Shown piece after piece: positions 27,183-35,990 of a DNA stretch of 64,000 bases (its first letter is position 1; each line of letters starts with the position of its first letter). Source of the DNA: an uncultured bacterium (GTDB lineage: Bacteria > Patescibacteriota > Minisyncoccia > Phycocordibacterales > Phycocordibacteraceae); contig CAIJZI010000006.1 in assembly GCA_903825105.1 (NCBI GenBank), positions 87,368-151,367 of the forward strand. Direction: 5' to 3'. The translations under genes and the position numbers were made by a program. A model generated the notes under the pieces. It searched no databases and had not been told where the DNA came from. It saw only the letters and a program-made list of their open reading frames with translations.

Positions 27183-28454
27183 TTATTTCTGCTTCCACTT
27201 CTTTTCTTGGCGAACGAGTCTTGATGCATCATTGTGATTTGCGAGCAGCTTTTCTACAATCCTTTCTGTACGAATTGACTGCGAACCTTTTACAAGAATA
27301 ATATCACCATCAGAAATAAGAGAGGGTAATGCTTCTGCAGCAGATCGCGAATTATCATACATCAAAACATTCACATTTTTTGGCGCGGTCGCGAAGACGC
27401 GTGCGCGAATCCCCACCGTGACGATTACCTCTACCGCGTCGCCGATTATTTTAGCGATGCGCTCGTGTTCGATAATTGAATAACGCCCCAGCTCGAGCAT
27501 ATCGCCCAAAACAGCGATCCTGCGGCCAGTACAGGGCAGAGATTTCAGTGTGGCGAGCGCTTTTTCTACCGCTACCGGCGAAGCATTATATGAGTCGTCG
27601 ATAATGACAGAATTATTTTTACCCGCTAGAATACGCCCGCGCCCTGCGGGTGGCTCGTATTCCTTAAGCGCCTCAACCGCTTCGGCAAAAGAAATGCCAA
27701 ATGAAGTGGCTGCCGCTACTGCAGCCGAGACAGGCAGGAGCTGCACAGAACCGACCGATCCATTTACATAAACTCTAGAATGTTCACCGTTCACATTTAT
27801 CTCGCCGCTCATCCCCGCGATTTTTTCTTCTCGCGAATAAAAACTCACCTCATCGAGACGCGCATTAGCGTTAGGCGTCATGCCATACGAGATGATGCGT
27901 GCGGGCGTGCGCAGAGCATTTTCTTGTGCATACTCATCGTCACTCGGGATAATAAGCGGGGCGTCAGCGGGAAGCGCAAATGCGGGAGAAAACTCTTCTT
28001 CTCGTACTGCTTCTGGTGAGGCATACGCTTCGACATGAACCGATATTTCGGGGAGTCGCGTGACGATGACCATATCTGGCGTCGCGATTTTAAGAATTCT
28101 CGCGAGATCGCCCGGCTTGTCAGCGCCCACTTCGAGTACGATTAAATTGGGATAATGATTTGGCAGGACGAGAAGTGCGAAAGCACTTTTCATTAAAGAT
28201 AACCATGCGAGTGGATTACGCCACGGGCTCCCCACACCGAGAATGGTAAAAGGGACACCGAATTCACTATTAAAACTTTTTTCACTTTTCCTGACCAAGA
28301 AGCGCGCCGAGAGCGCTGCTGCGACCGCGTCCTTCGTCGAAGTCTTCCCTACCGAGCCCGTCACCATCACGATGCGCGGGTGATAGCGCTTAACAACAGC
28401 GCGCGCGATAAGACCGAGATTGAAGGCGACTATTGTTTTAAAAAAGTTTTTCAT
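27183..28454 (-). CDS. murF: UDP-MurNAc-tripeptide--D-Ala-D-Ala ligase
   Basis: VTGSVGKTSTK, SFNSEFGVP, IDDSYNASP, LGDMLELG, LVKGS. Confidence 0.93.
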   Translation of the reverse strand: MKNFFKTIVAFNLGLIARAVVKRYHPRIVMVTGSVGKTSTKDAVAAALSARFLVRKSEKSFNSEFGVPFTILGVGSPWRNPLAWLSLMKSAFALLVLPNHYPNLIVLEVGADKPGDLARILKIATPDMVIVTRLPEISVHVEAYASPEAVREEEFSPAFALPADAPLIIPSDDEYAQENALRTPARIISYGMTPNANARLDEVSFYSREEKIAGMSGEINVNGEHSRVYVNGSVGSVQLLPVSAAVAAATSFGISFAEAVEALKEYEPPAGRGRILAGKNNSVIIDDSYNASPVAVEKALATLKSLPCTGRRIAVLGDMLELGRYSIIEHERIAKIIGDAVEVIVTVGIRARVFATAPKNVNVLMYDNSRSAAEALPSLISDGDIILVKGSQSIRTERIVEKLLANHNDASRLVRQEKKWKQK

Positions 28455-28464
28455 AATGATTTTG

Positions 28465-30234
28465 TTATCTCGAATTTGTCGAGGTAGCTTGTGGTGAAGG
28501 ATCCAAGCGCGCGACGCCTCTGTCTGGCGGTACTGCATAATAATTGATTAAAAAGTGCACAAGGTCAAGAAATGTCGCGTCGAGCGTTTCTGAAGCGTAC
28601 TTCACCCCTTTTGGATCCTGGGTGTAGAGAAGAATGATGAAGCGCGGATTATATGATGGGAAAAATCCTATAAATGAATGGAAAAATTTATCATCATAGT
28701 ATCCACCTTGCCCATTGGTGAGCTGTGCCGTTCCGGTCTTCGCGGCTACCGACATCGTCTCGATCTTCGCCTTTCCGTCATAGAGCGGTCCGTCATCGAG
28801 CGCGTCCATCATCGTTATCGTTTCGCGTGTCGATGTCGCAGAAAAAACCTGCACTTTCTGACTCCACTCTAATTGCTTCGTAATGCCAGAATCGAGTCGT
28901 ATCGCACTCACCAAATGGGGCTGTACCATAAATCCACCATTCGCTATAGCCCCGAGTGCACGGATCATCTGCATCGGCGTTACCGCGATACCCTGCCCGA
29001 AAGACATATTGTCATAATAAACTTGCTCTGACTTCGAAAGGTTCCCGGTCATTCCACCACTCTCGCTCGGCAGATCAACGCCAGTCTTTTGGCCAAATAA
29101 TTTTGTAAAATAATCGTGGAATTTTTCTTGTCCCAACTGTGTGGCGACATAAGAAGCGCCAACATTGAGCGACTGCACAATGATCTGCTGCATGGGAATA
29201 ACACCACGAGCTTTATGATCCCAGTTACAGATTTTTGCCTTATTTACCACGAAACAGCCCGTGTCATTATAGGTCGTCTCTGGAGTAATCACGCCAGAAT
29301 CAAGCCCGGAGGTCATCGTGAGCGGCTTCATAATCGAACCGAATTCGTGAATCTGTTCTACCAGCGGGTTGCCAAGGAGCGACGGATCGGCATTCTTTAA
29401 ATCATTACCGTCATATGCCGGGTAGTTCGTGAGAGCGATAATCTCTCCAGTGTAGGGGTCCATTATGATACCGCCGGATTCTCTACTCGAATATTTTTGA
29501 TTTACCTTTGCGATATCATTTTCGAGTCTCGTCTGTACTTCAGGCTCAATAGTCGTCACAACATCGCCTTCTCGCGCATCACGCGCAGAGACGAGAAGAT
29601 TGCCTACATTAGAAAATAATTCTGCGAAGAAATTTTTATATAGAGAATCGCCCGAGCGCGAGAGCGCTTCATTATAGACATCTTCAATACCCGTTTGGCC
29701 GGTAAGGGTGTCGCCTGATCCGTACGAGACTATCCCTATCGATTGAGACGCGAGTGTCCCCCCAGGGTAATAGCGCCACCTTTCTTTCAATACTTGAATC
29801 CCTTTGATTTGTAACGCCGACAGAGATTTGCCTTCATCACTTGTTAAGTGGTGCGCGACTTCGATATATACCTGACTCTTTTTCCCTGCCGCTGTAATAA
29901 AAGCATCGTGACTAAGCGAGAGCGAAGATGACGCAATAGAATTTATCACCGAGAAAGCATCTTCTGGATTACCAAGTGTTTGTGGATTTATTGCGACAAG
30001 GAATCCGTCGGCGAGCGCTGCGGCTGAAATAAGCGTTCCGTCTTTTCGCGTAAAATAAATTGACCCTCGATCAAAAAGTCCGCTACTGCCCGAGGCAAAT
30101 TGTTGATCCGCTTTTTGTGAGTAGTCATCTCCATGCACAATCTGCACAAAATAAAGTCGCGCGACAATAAGTAACGACGCGAGAACGATACCAGCGAGAA
30201 TAATACGAATACGAATACGAAATTGTGCACGCAT
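28465..30234 (-). CDS. ftsI: Class B PBP (FtsI/PBP3)
   Basis: DRGSIY, GSIMK (SxxK), SLN, FGQG, KTGTAQ; in the mraZ-rsmH cluster. Confidence 0.88.
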   Translation of the reverse strand: MRAQFRIRIRIILAGIVLASLLIVARLYFVQIVHGDDYSQKADQQFASGSSGLFDRGSIYFTRKDGTLISAAALADGFLVAINPQTLGNPEDAFSVINSIASSSLSLSHDAFITAAGKKSQVYIEVAHHLTSDEGKSLSALQIKGIQVLKERWRYYPGGTLASQSIGIVSYGSGDTLTGQTGIEDVYNEALSRSGDSLYKNFFAELFSNVGNLLVSARDAREGDVVTTIEPEVQTRLENDIAKVNQKYSSRESGGIIMDPYTGEIIALTNYPAYDGNDLKNADPSLLGNPLVEQIHEFGSIMKPLTMTSGLDSGVITPETTYNDTGCFVVNKAKICNWDHKARGVIPMQQIIVQSLNVGASYVATQLGQEKFHDYFTKLFGQKTGVDLPSESGGMTGNLSKSEQVYYDNMSFGQGIAVTPMQMIRALGAIANGGFMVQPHLVSAIRLDSGITKQLEWSQKVQVFSATSTRETITMMDALDDGPLYDGKAKIETMSVAAKTGTAQLTNGQGGYYDDKFFHSFIGFFPSYNPRFIILLYTQDPKGVKYASETLDATFLDLVHFLINYYAVPPDRGVARLDPSPQATSTNSR

Positions 30235-30238
30235 TGGA

Positions 30239-30532
30239 TTAGCGAAGTGCTGTCACACTCTTGGCGGGGACAAATACCTGCGCGACGGGTTGCTCATACC
30301 CTGCTAAAGCAGGGTTGGTGTTGGTGATTTGATTTACTGATGCGAGATACTGTGATTCAAGCTTCGCGACAACTGCCTCATCATTTTTTACCGATTGTGA
30401 AAAGGAAACGGTGAGCGCCGCATAATTCATCACCACAGCGATGAGGCAGATATACGAGAGACCGAGAACGGCGACGAGTCCAAAACAAATGGTTGGCAAT
30501 GAAGACCATGTGCGAGAAATAAAATTATGCAT
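30239..30532 (-). CDS. FtsL-like bitopic protein
   Basis: TM plus short coiled coil, located between rsmH and ftsI. Confidence 0.65.
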   Translation of the reverse strand: MHNFISRTWSSLPTICFGLVAVLGLSYICLIAVVMNYAALTVSFSQSVKNDEAVVAKLESQYLASVNQITNTNPALAGYEQPVAQVFVPAKSVTALR

Positions 30533-31451
30533 AAAATATTCTTAATTTAGCGCTTCGCGCGCGGCGGTTTCTAATAATCTCACTTCGAGTCGGCACGACT
30601 ATTTTCTTTACTTCTGCCGTCTCTGACTCACGCGCGGCATCGCGTAACATATTTTTAACGATTCTGTCTTCGATGCTGTGGAATGAAATGACTGCGAGAC
30701 GCCCGTTTGGAGACAACGCACCGATCGCTGAAGTTAATCCTTCGCGGAGAGCGCCAATCTCATCGTTTACCGCGATGCGCAGAGCCTGAAAGGTCTTCGT
30801 CGCGGGGTTAATCTTTCTATTGTGATACCAGCTTGGTGTACCCGCGAGAATCGCGGCAACAAGCGCGCTTGTGGTGAGAATACGCTCCTTCCCGCGCGCT
30901 TCTACAATCGCGCGCGCGATACCACGCGAAAATCGCTCTTCGCCGTAGGTAAAAATCACATCGGCGAGCTCTTCTTCTGAATATGAATTCACGATATCTG
31001 CAGCTGTCTCTCCTTCTCCACTCCCCGCTTCTGAATAATTCATCAGGAGCGGCTCGTCATTCTGGAAAGAAAAGCCTCGAGGACTCGCTATTTGATAACC
31101 ACTCCAGCCGAGATCAAAAAGAATTTTGTCCACACGACCGATGTCGAGCCGTTCGAGAATACGCGACAAGTTTCTGAAATTGTCGTTTACCAAGTGCGCG
31201 ACTGGTCGGTCAGACCTGCGATCGCTCGCATACACTTCGCGCCCGCGCTCGACAGCCGCCGGATCAGCATCGATTCCGATCAACACCCCTCCACCGCCAA
31301 GTTTCTCGAGCATCGTTTTGAAATGTCCGGCGCCACCGAGGGTAGCATCAACAACCGTGTCGCTCGGTTGTATATCAAGTGCCTCGAGCACTTCATTCAC
31401 CAAGACACTCTCGTGTAGCGATTTTTCTTCGATGATTTTTTCGTCAGACAT
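30525..31451 (-). CDS. rsmH: 16S rRNA m4C1402 methyltransferase
   Basis: HESVL, VDATLGGAGH, DLGWS, FQALRIAVNDE, ISFHSIEDRIVK, RARSAKLR. Confidence 0.97.
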   Translation of the reverse strand: MSDEKIIEEKSLHESVLVNEVLEALDIQPSDTVVDATLGGAGHFKTMLEKLGGGGVLIGIDADPAAVERGREVYASDRRSDRPVAHLVNDNFRNLSRILERLDIGRVDKILFDLGWSGYQIASPRGFSFQNDEPLLMNYSEAGSGEGETAADIVNSYSEEELADVIFTYGEERFSRGIARAIVEARGKERILTTSALVAAILAGTPSWYHNRKINPATKTFQALRIAVNDEIGALREGLTSAIGALSPNGRLAVISFHSIEDRIVKNMLRDAARESETAEVKKIVVPTRSEIIRNRRARSAKLRIFYA

Positions 31452-31452
31452 A

Positions 31453-31875
31453 TTATTCGCCAATCTTTTCTGCGAACGCTTCAGCGTCGCGCTCAATTGC
31501 TTCGGTATATTTCTTCCACGCAGCCTCTTCCCAGACTTCAACACGATCAGCAACACCAGCAATCACCGCTTTTTCTCCAATTGAAGCAAAGGATTTTAGA
31601 TTTTCTGGAATCAGCACGCGACCAGACTGATCCACCTCTGCTTCAAATGAGCCAGCAAGAAAAAGGCGCGCCAACCCGCGGCGCGCAGCACTCCCATTTA
31701 CTTCTGTTGCATAAACCTTTGCCTGTTTCTCCCACTCCTTTCGCGAATAGATGTACAAACAGTGATCGAGCCCGCGCGTCACCACGACGACACGACCGAG
31801 TTCCTTTCGAAATTTCGATGGAATCGAGACTCTGTTTTTTGGATCAAATGTGTGTAGGTATTCGCCGAGGAACAT
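31453..31875 (-). CDS. mraZ: Transcriptional regulator MraZ
   Basis: MFLGEY.H..D.KNRVSIPSKFR, D.SGRVLIP, DRVEVW. Confidence 0.97.
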   Translation of the reverse strand: MFLGEYLHTFDPKNRVSIPSKFRKELGRVVVVTRGLDHCLYIYSRKEWEKQAKVYATEVNGSAARRGLARLFLAGSFEAEVDQSGRVLIPENLKSFASIGEKAVIAGVADRVEVWEEAAWKKYTEAIERDAEAFAEKIGE

Positions 31876-31951
31876 GAGTGTTTGGTGAGAAAAATGAGGA
31901 AATAGGCCACCATTCCGACTTCCTGCTTTATCCCACCTGAATTGAATTATA

Positions 31952-31975
31952 TGCCACTCTGCCCCACTTCCCTAG
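31952..31975 (-). promoter_or_regulatory. Probable MraZ-binding repeats
   Basis: Minus-strand AGTGG repeats at 10-nt spacing (AAGTGGGGCAGAGTGG) beside TATAAT upstream of mraZ. Confidence 0.5.
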
Positions 31976-31980
31976 TTTAG

Positions 31981-31989
31981 TTATCCACA
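31981..31989 (+). promoter_or_regulatory. DnaA box
   Basis: TTATCCACA consensus; others at 22319-22327, 25003-25011 and 56231-56239. Confidence 0.55.
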
Positions 31990-32100
31990 CCACTTCGCGT
32001 TGTCGAGTACGCCAACGCTTCGCGGTGCACGCACAACGATTTGATTTTTATATAGATAAGTACTATTGTTCCTCTCGGAAGTGTTACGGAAGGAGCTTCT

Positions 32101-32325
32101 ATGTCATTCGCAAGAAAAATTAACGCTCTTAACGCAAGGCGCAAACGTCGTGCCGCCAACAAAACAAAGACGCACATCGACAATTCTTCCCTCCCGGCAG
32201 GTTCACCAATGTACTTTTATTGCACTGATTGCGATGGGCAGATCGTAGTCCCCGAAGATTACGCCACTCGCCCGAAGCTCTGTAGAGAGTGCCAGGAAAT
32301 GAAAGATCTTGGGTGGATAAAATGA
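32101..32325 (+). CDS. Small zinc-finger protein (ORFan cassette)
   Basis: AAGGAG SD; CTDC...CREC; downstream hairpin. Confidence 0.75.
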   Translation: MSFARKINALNARRKRRAANKTKTHIDNSSLPAGSPMYFYCTDCDGQIVVPEDYATRPKLCRECQEMKDLGWIK

Positions 32326-32464
32326 CAAGTGCCCGTCTGAACAAAAAACAGGCGGGCATTTCCTTATCTTGATAAATACTCAATAACTTGGAAGTCCAAT
32401 TTTTAAATTGGTTTACAAGCTATCCACACCTCATTGCAAATTCATTTGACGCGGGTATAATAGT

Positions 32465-32560
32465 GGTGTGTCCGTGGGCGCAAGCCTATTTCGGATAAGG
32501 AATTCCAAAGCCGAGACGGGCACATCAAAACACCTCACTCTTCTAGGAGTGGGGTTTTTT
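32465..32560 (+). ncRNA. Candidate small structured RNA
   Basis: TTGCAA-N16-TATAAT promoter, 11-bp closing stem, GCAA tetraloop hairpin, intrinsic terminator, no ORF. Confidence 0.55.
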
Positions 32561-32969
32561 GATTTTCGCCCAATTTCATAACGCTCCAAAAATGAATGTG
32601 TTCTCCGCCAACAACTCTTCTTAAAACAACACGAACTCTGGTATTCTTTTTACCAACAATAGATTCTACTGTCCAATATTCCATTTCTTTTAAAACTATC
32701 TTTCTGGAGCCGCCGAGTGGCGCAATTCTCCGTTCATATTTTTTAACAACAGTCGCTTCGTGTATAGCTGGGCGCACGAGCGGGAGGAGCCCGAGTTTGT
32801 ACATTGCTTCTTTTGGATTCCTCGGCGTGTTGTCTATCTTAAAACGCAAATGGTTGAATCCTTGCATATTGAAATAAATGTATTCACGCACCGCAATACA
32901 ATAGATTGGGAGCCATTTTTTATAATCATCGCGGCGTTCGTTTAACAAACTGAGAAATCTTTTCGCCAT
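32535..32969 (-). CDS. Hypothetical basic protein, possible BECR/RelE-like RNase fold
   Basis: FN..GFNHL and RVRVVLRR..G..HFWSVM pattern; fold assignment is inferred. Confidence 0.6.
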   Translation of the reverse strand: MAKRFLSLLNERRDDYKKWLPIYCIAVREYIYFNMQGFNHLRFKIDNTPRNPKEAMYKLGLLPLVRPAIHEATVVKKYERRIAPLGGSRKIVLKEMEYWTVESIVGKKNTRVRVVLRRVVGGEHIHFWSVMKLGENQKTPLLEE

Positions 32970-32980
32970 AGCGATAATCA

Positions 32981-34432
32981 CTATCTCGGACGCATCAGCG
33001 GAAAGATTTGTGCTTCGCGCACGGAGACACCTTCGAGGAAGCTAAAGAGTCGTTCGGAGACGCCAAAGCCGAACGCTGGCGGCATGCCGTATTCAAGCGC
33101 TTCGACGAATTCGCCGTCTGCCATCTGCGCCTCGTCGTCACCCGCCTCGCGAAGCTCCTGTTGATGCATAAAGCGCTCTTGTTGATCGACAGGATCATTT
33201 AATTCACTAAAGCCTTTACCCACTTCAGAACCAGCGATCATCACCTGGAATCGCTCGACGACACGAGGGTCTTTTATACTCTTCTTCGCGAGTGGCTCCA
33301 TATAGACCGGCACATTGATCAAGAATCCTGGGCCTTGAAGCGTCTTTCTGATCTGCTTCCATGCGGTATCAACCAAGCGTTCTTTATTGCTGTCTTTTTC
33401 GAATGGAATTTCTTTTTCAGCAAGCACTTTTGACCAATCGGCATTTTCATCAAGCGGATCACTCCCATATTCTTTTTGCATCAATTCGCAGAAGTCATAG
33501 CGTTCCCATTCTTTATCAAAATCAATTTCAAAATCTTTAATTTTAAATACGCGCGTGCCGTACACCTTATCAGCGATGGTGCGATAGAGATCTCTAATCA
33601 TCTCCATTCCCGCTTCATAATCTTTAAAAGATTCATAGAACTCAACCTGCGTGTAGTCCTGGAGATGTTCTGCCGACATTCCTTCATTTCTAAATATTCT
33701 GCCAATTTCAAAAACCTTCGGGAGGCCCGCGACCATTAAGCGCTTCTGCCAGAGCTCTCCCGCCGAGATGCGCAGGTAGACATCGATATCGAGTGCGTTG
33801 TGATGCGTCTCAAATGGACGCGCGTCGGCGCCACCGGTCGTCGTCTCGAGAACCGGCGTTTCTACTTCAATAAAATCTCGTTCGAGAAGATAGGAGCGAA
33901 TCGCATTCCAAAACGCTGATCGACGGCGAATGCGATCAGGAAAATCTTTTGAAAGCAGGATGTCGAGATAGCGCTTTCTAAATCTCTCGTCTTCATCTTT
34001 AATCCCGTACCACTCGTCGGGTAGCGGGCGAAGCGACTTGGCGAGCATCCGCCAACTACTCACGCTTAAAGAAGGCATCCCGCGCTGCGTTTTAAAAGCG
34101 AGTCCAGACAATTCGATAATATCGCCGATATCAACCGTCGCGACAAAAAGATCGTAGACAGAATCTCCAAGCTTGTCGCGTTGTAGGAAGCACTGGCCCT
34201 TGGTCCCGTCAAAAAGATCAAGAAAGAGTGACCCGCCGTGTTCGCGTATCGACATCACACGCCCTGCGAGCGCGACTTCTTCGCTATTCTTCTCAAGCGT
34301 TTCGTGATTTTCTAAAAATTCTTTTACTGAATGCGTCCGCCCTGTTCGTGCAGGATACGCTTCCATTCCCTCCTCTTTCATGCGAGCTATCTTCGCGAGT
34401 CGCTCCGCGCGCACGGTATCAAGTAAAGCCAT
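32981..34432 (-). CDS. lysS: Lysine--tRNA ligase (class II)
   Basis: OB-fold, FIEVETP, GGADARPF.THHN, EIGRIFRNEG, ALEYGMPP. Confidence 0.97.
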   Translation of the reverse strand: MALLDTVRAERLAKIARMKEEGMEAYPARTGRTHSVKEFLENHETLEKNSEEVALAGRVMSIREHGGSLFLDLFDGTKGQCFLQRDKLGDSVYDLFVATVDIGDIIELSGLAFKTQRGMPSLSVSSWRMLAKSLRPLPDEWYGIKDEDERFRKRYLDILLSKDFPDRIRRRSAFWNAIRSYLLERDFIEVETPVLETTTGGADARPFETHHNALDIDVYLRISAGELWQKRLMVAGLPKVFEIGRIFRNEGMSAEHLQDYTQVEFYESFKDYEAGMEMIRDLYRTIADKVYGTRVFKIKDFEIDFDKEWERYDFCELMQKEYGSDPLDENADWSKVLAEKEIPFEKDSNKERLVDTAWKQIRKTLQGPGFLINVPVYMEPLAKKSIKDPRVVERFQVMIAGSEVGKGFSELNDPVDQQERFMHQQELREAGDDEAQMADGEFVEALEYGMPPAFGFGVSERLFSFLEGVSVREAQIFPLMRPR

Positions 34433-34455
34433 ATGCTCACTAGTATACAACAATT

Positions 34456-34929
34456 TTAATCCACCTTTTCTATTGAATAGGTCTGCTTCCCTGCTGGAGT
34501 TTCGAAGGAGAAGACATCACCCTTTTTCTTCCCCATAAGAGCGGCGCCGAGGGGCGACATATGTGACAATTTCTTTATACGCATATCAGCTTCTTCGCTC
34601 CCAACAATCGTGTATTCGTGCACCTCTGCCCCGCCATCTTTTTTAATAGAAACTTTCGAACCGAAGCCGACTTCATCCTTCTTCTTGCCGTCCGTGAGGA
34701 TCTTCGTATTTTTTATTAAATCTTCGAGCTTCTTGACGCGCTCTTCGGTCGCTGCTTGTAGATCGCGCGCTTCTTGATATTCTGCATTTTCAGAAAGGTC
34801 GCCGAGCGAGCGAGCGTATTCGAGATTCTTCGCGATTTCTGTGCGTCGCACGGTTTTTAAATGTTCCAACTCTTTTACCATATCATCGAACTTTTCTTGT
34901 GATACGAAAATATCTTGTGCATCAGTCAT
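34456..34929 (-). CDS. greA: Transcription elongation factor GreA
   Basis: GDLSENAEY, YTIVGSEEAD, SPLGAALMG. Confidence 0.97.
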   Translation of the reverse strand: MTDAQDIFVSQEKFDDMVKELEHLKTVRRTEIAKNLEYARSLGDLSENAEYQEARDLQAATEERVKKLEDLIKNTKILTDGKKKDEVGFGSKVSIKKDGGAEVHEYTIVGSEEADMRIKKLSHMSPLGAALMGKKKGDVFSFETPAGKQTYSIEKVD

Positions 34930-35057
34930 AGTGATTGCATTGTACGCGAGCACAAGTATTGCGCAAGCATAAAATTGAGAAATTGCCTTTTTTATAAAAA
35001 AGAGTAGAATAAATTTCGGAAAAATGCTCTGGAATAACAACAGAAAGGAAGGTCAAA

Positions 35058-35990
35058 ATGTCAGAAGAAAACGGGGTGTTGGTTCCAATCAAAATTGAGG
35101 AGACTTCAGAGGCACAAAAATATTTGATGCTCCTGCTGAACGAGCAAGTGTTTGAGCTTTTTCGGCAAGATGATGTCTTACTACGTCCATCAGCGGAGAT
35201 GAACCGGCATGATCTCTGGGAAAACCTGAAAATCGTTCGAACAAACCCAACAGCTCATGTCGGATATTGGCTTGGAGCCTCAGTTAAAGCTCAGGCATCA
35301 AATACTGGCCACTTTTGGCTCAACGTCCATATGACGGTCTGGCCCTCTGATGGCAACAAGATGGTCTTTCTCACGCCAAACCAAACACACTGGATTTGCG
35401 ATCGTTTGAAGACGAATCCTCTATTGAAGGAAATTCTCACCACTTACGTCTCCAGTGTTGTCGTCAGTCTCCGAAATGGGCTTGACCGTCTTCAAAAGGA
35501 TATCGATGACGGCAATTTCTGGGAGGACAGGAGCAAGCACAACGGAGTCTTCGATGTGGCGTCACGCGAGAATCCCTATCGGGGTTGGTATACCAGCTGG
35601 GACGCTTTCCTTGAAAATGTCTGCCCTCCGCCGCCGTGGCTAACACCAGGTCCTAATCTGCAGTATCAGTGGGATCGGATTAAGATGATCGGCGGAAAAA
35701 GGTTAGATGAAAAATTTCGCAAACAGTGGGTCTGGCGTAAGCTGAGGCCCACTTTCATTACTGTCCAACATACGACGAACTTTCTGCATGGAGAGAATCA
35801 AAAAGTTGTTGCATCACGTTCACTGATTGTTCGCCAGCACCTTGCGGCCCACGCTCGAGCACCACAGCGAAGGCGTATTGAGGCTTGTCATATGGGAAAA
35901 ATCCTTCAACCCACGAGTTGTCATACTGATTATGCGTGCCGGTCTGCGCGGTGCCCGTTTTCGCCGCGACAGAAACATATGGCAAATTAA
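35058..35990 (+). CDS. Hypothetical protein (ORFan; 3' end overlaps pbp2 in antisense)
   Basis: AAAGGAAGG SD and TTGCCT..TAGAAT promoter; the first ~230 aa fill the intergenic space. Confidence 0.65.
   Translation: MSEENGVLVPIKIEETSEAQKYLMLLLNEQVFELFRQDDVLLRPSAEMNRHDLWENLKIVRTNPTAHVGYWLGASVKAQASNTGHFWLNVHMTVWPSDGNKMVFLTPNQTHWICDRLKTNPLLKEILTTYVSSVVVSLRNGLDRLQKDIDDGNFWEDRSKHNGVFDVASRENPYRGWYTSWDAFLENVCPPPPWLTPGPNLQYQWDRIKMIGGKRLDEKFRKQWVWRKLRPTFITVQHTTNFLHGENQKVVASRSLIVRQHLAAHARAPQRRRIEACHMGKILQPTSCHTDYACRSARCPFSPRQKHMAN

Noticed and set aside
26088-27184. Classical integron cassette array
   Set aside because: No attC-type R''/R' boxes were recognised and no integron integrase is present.
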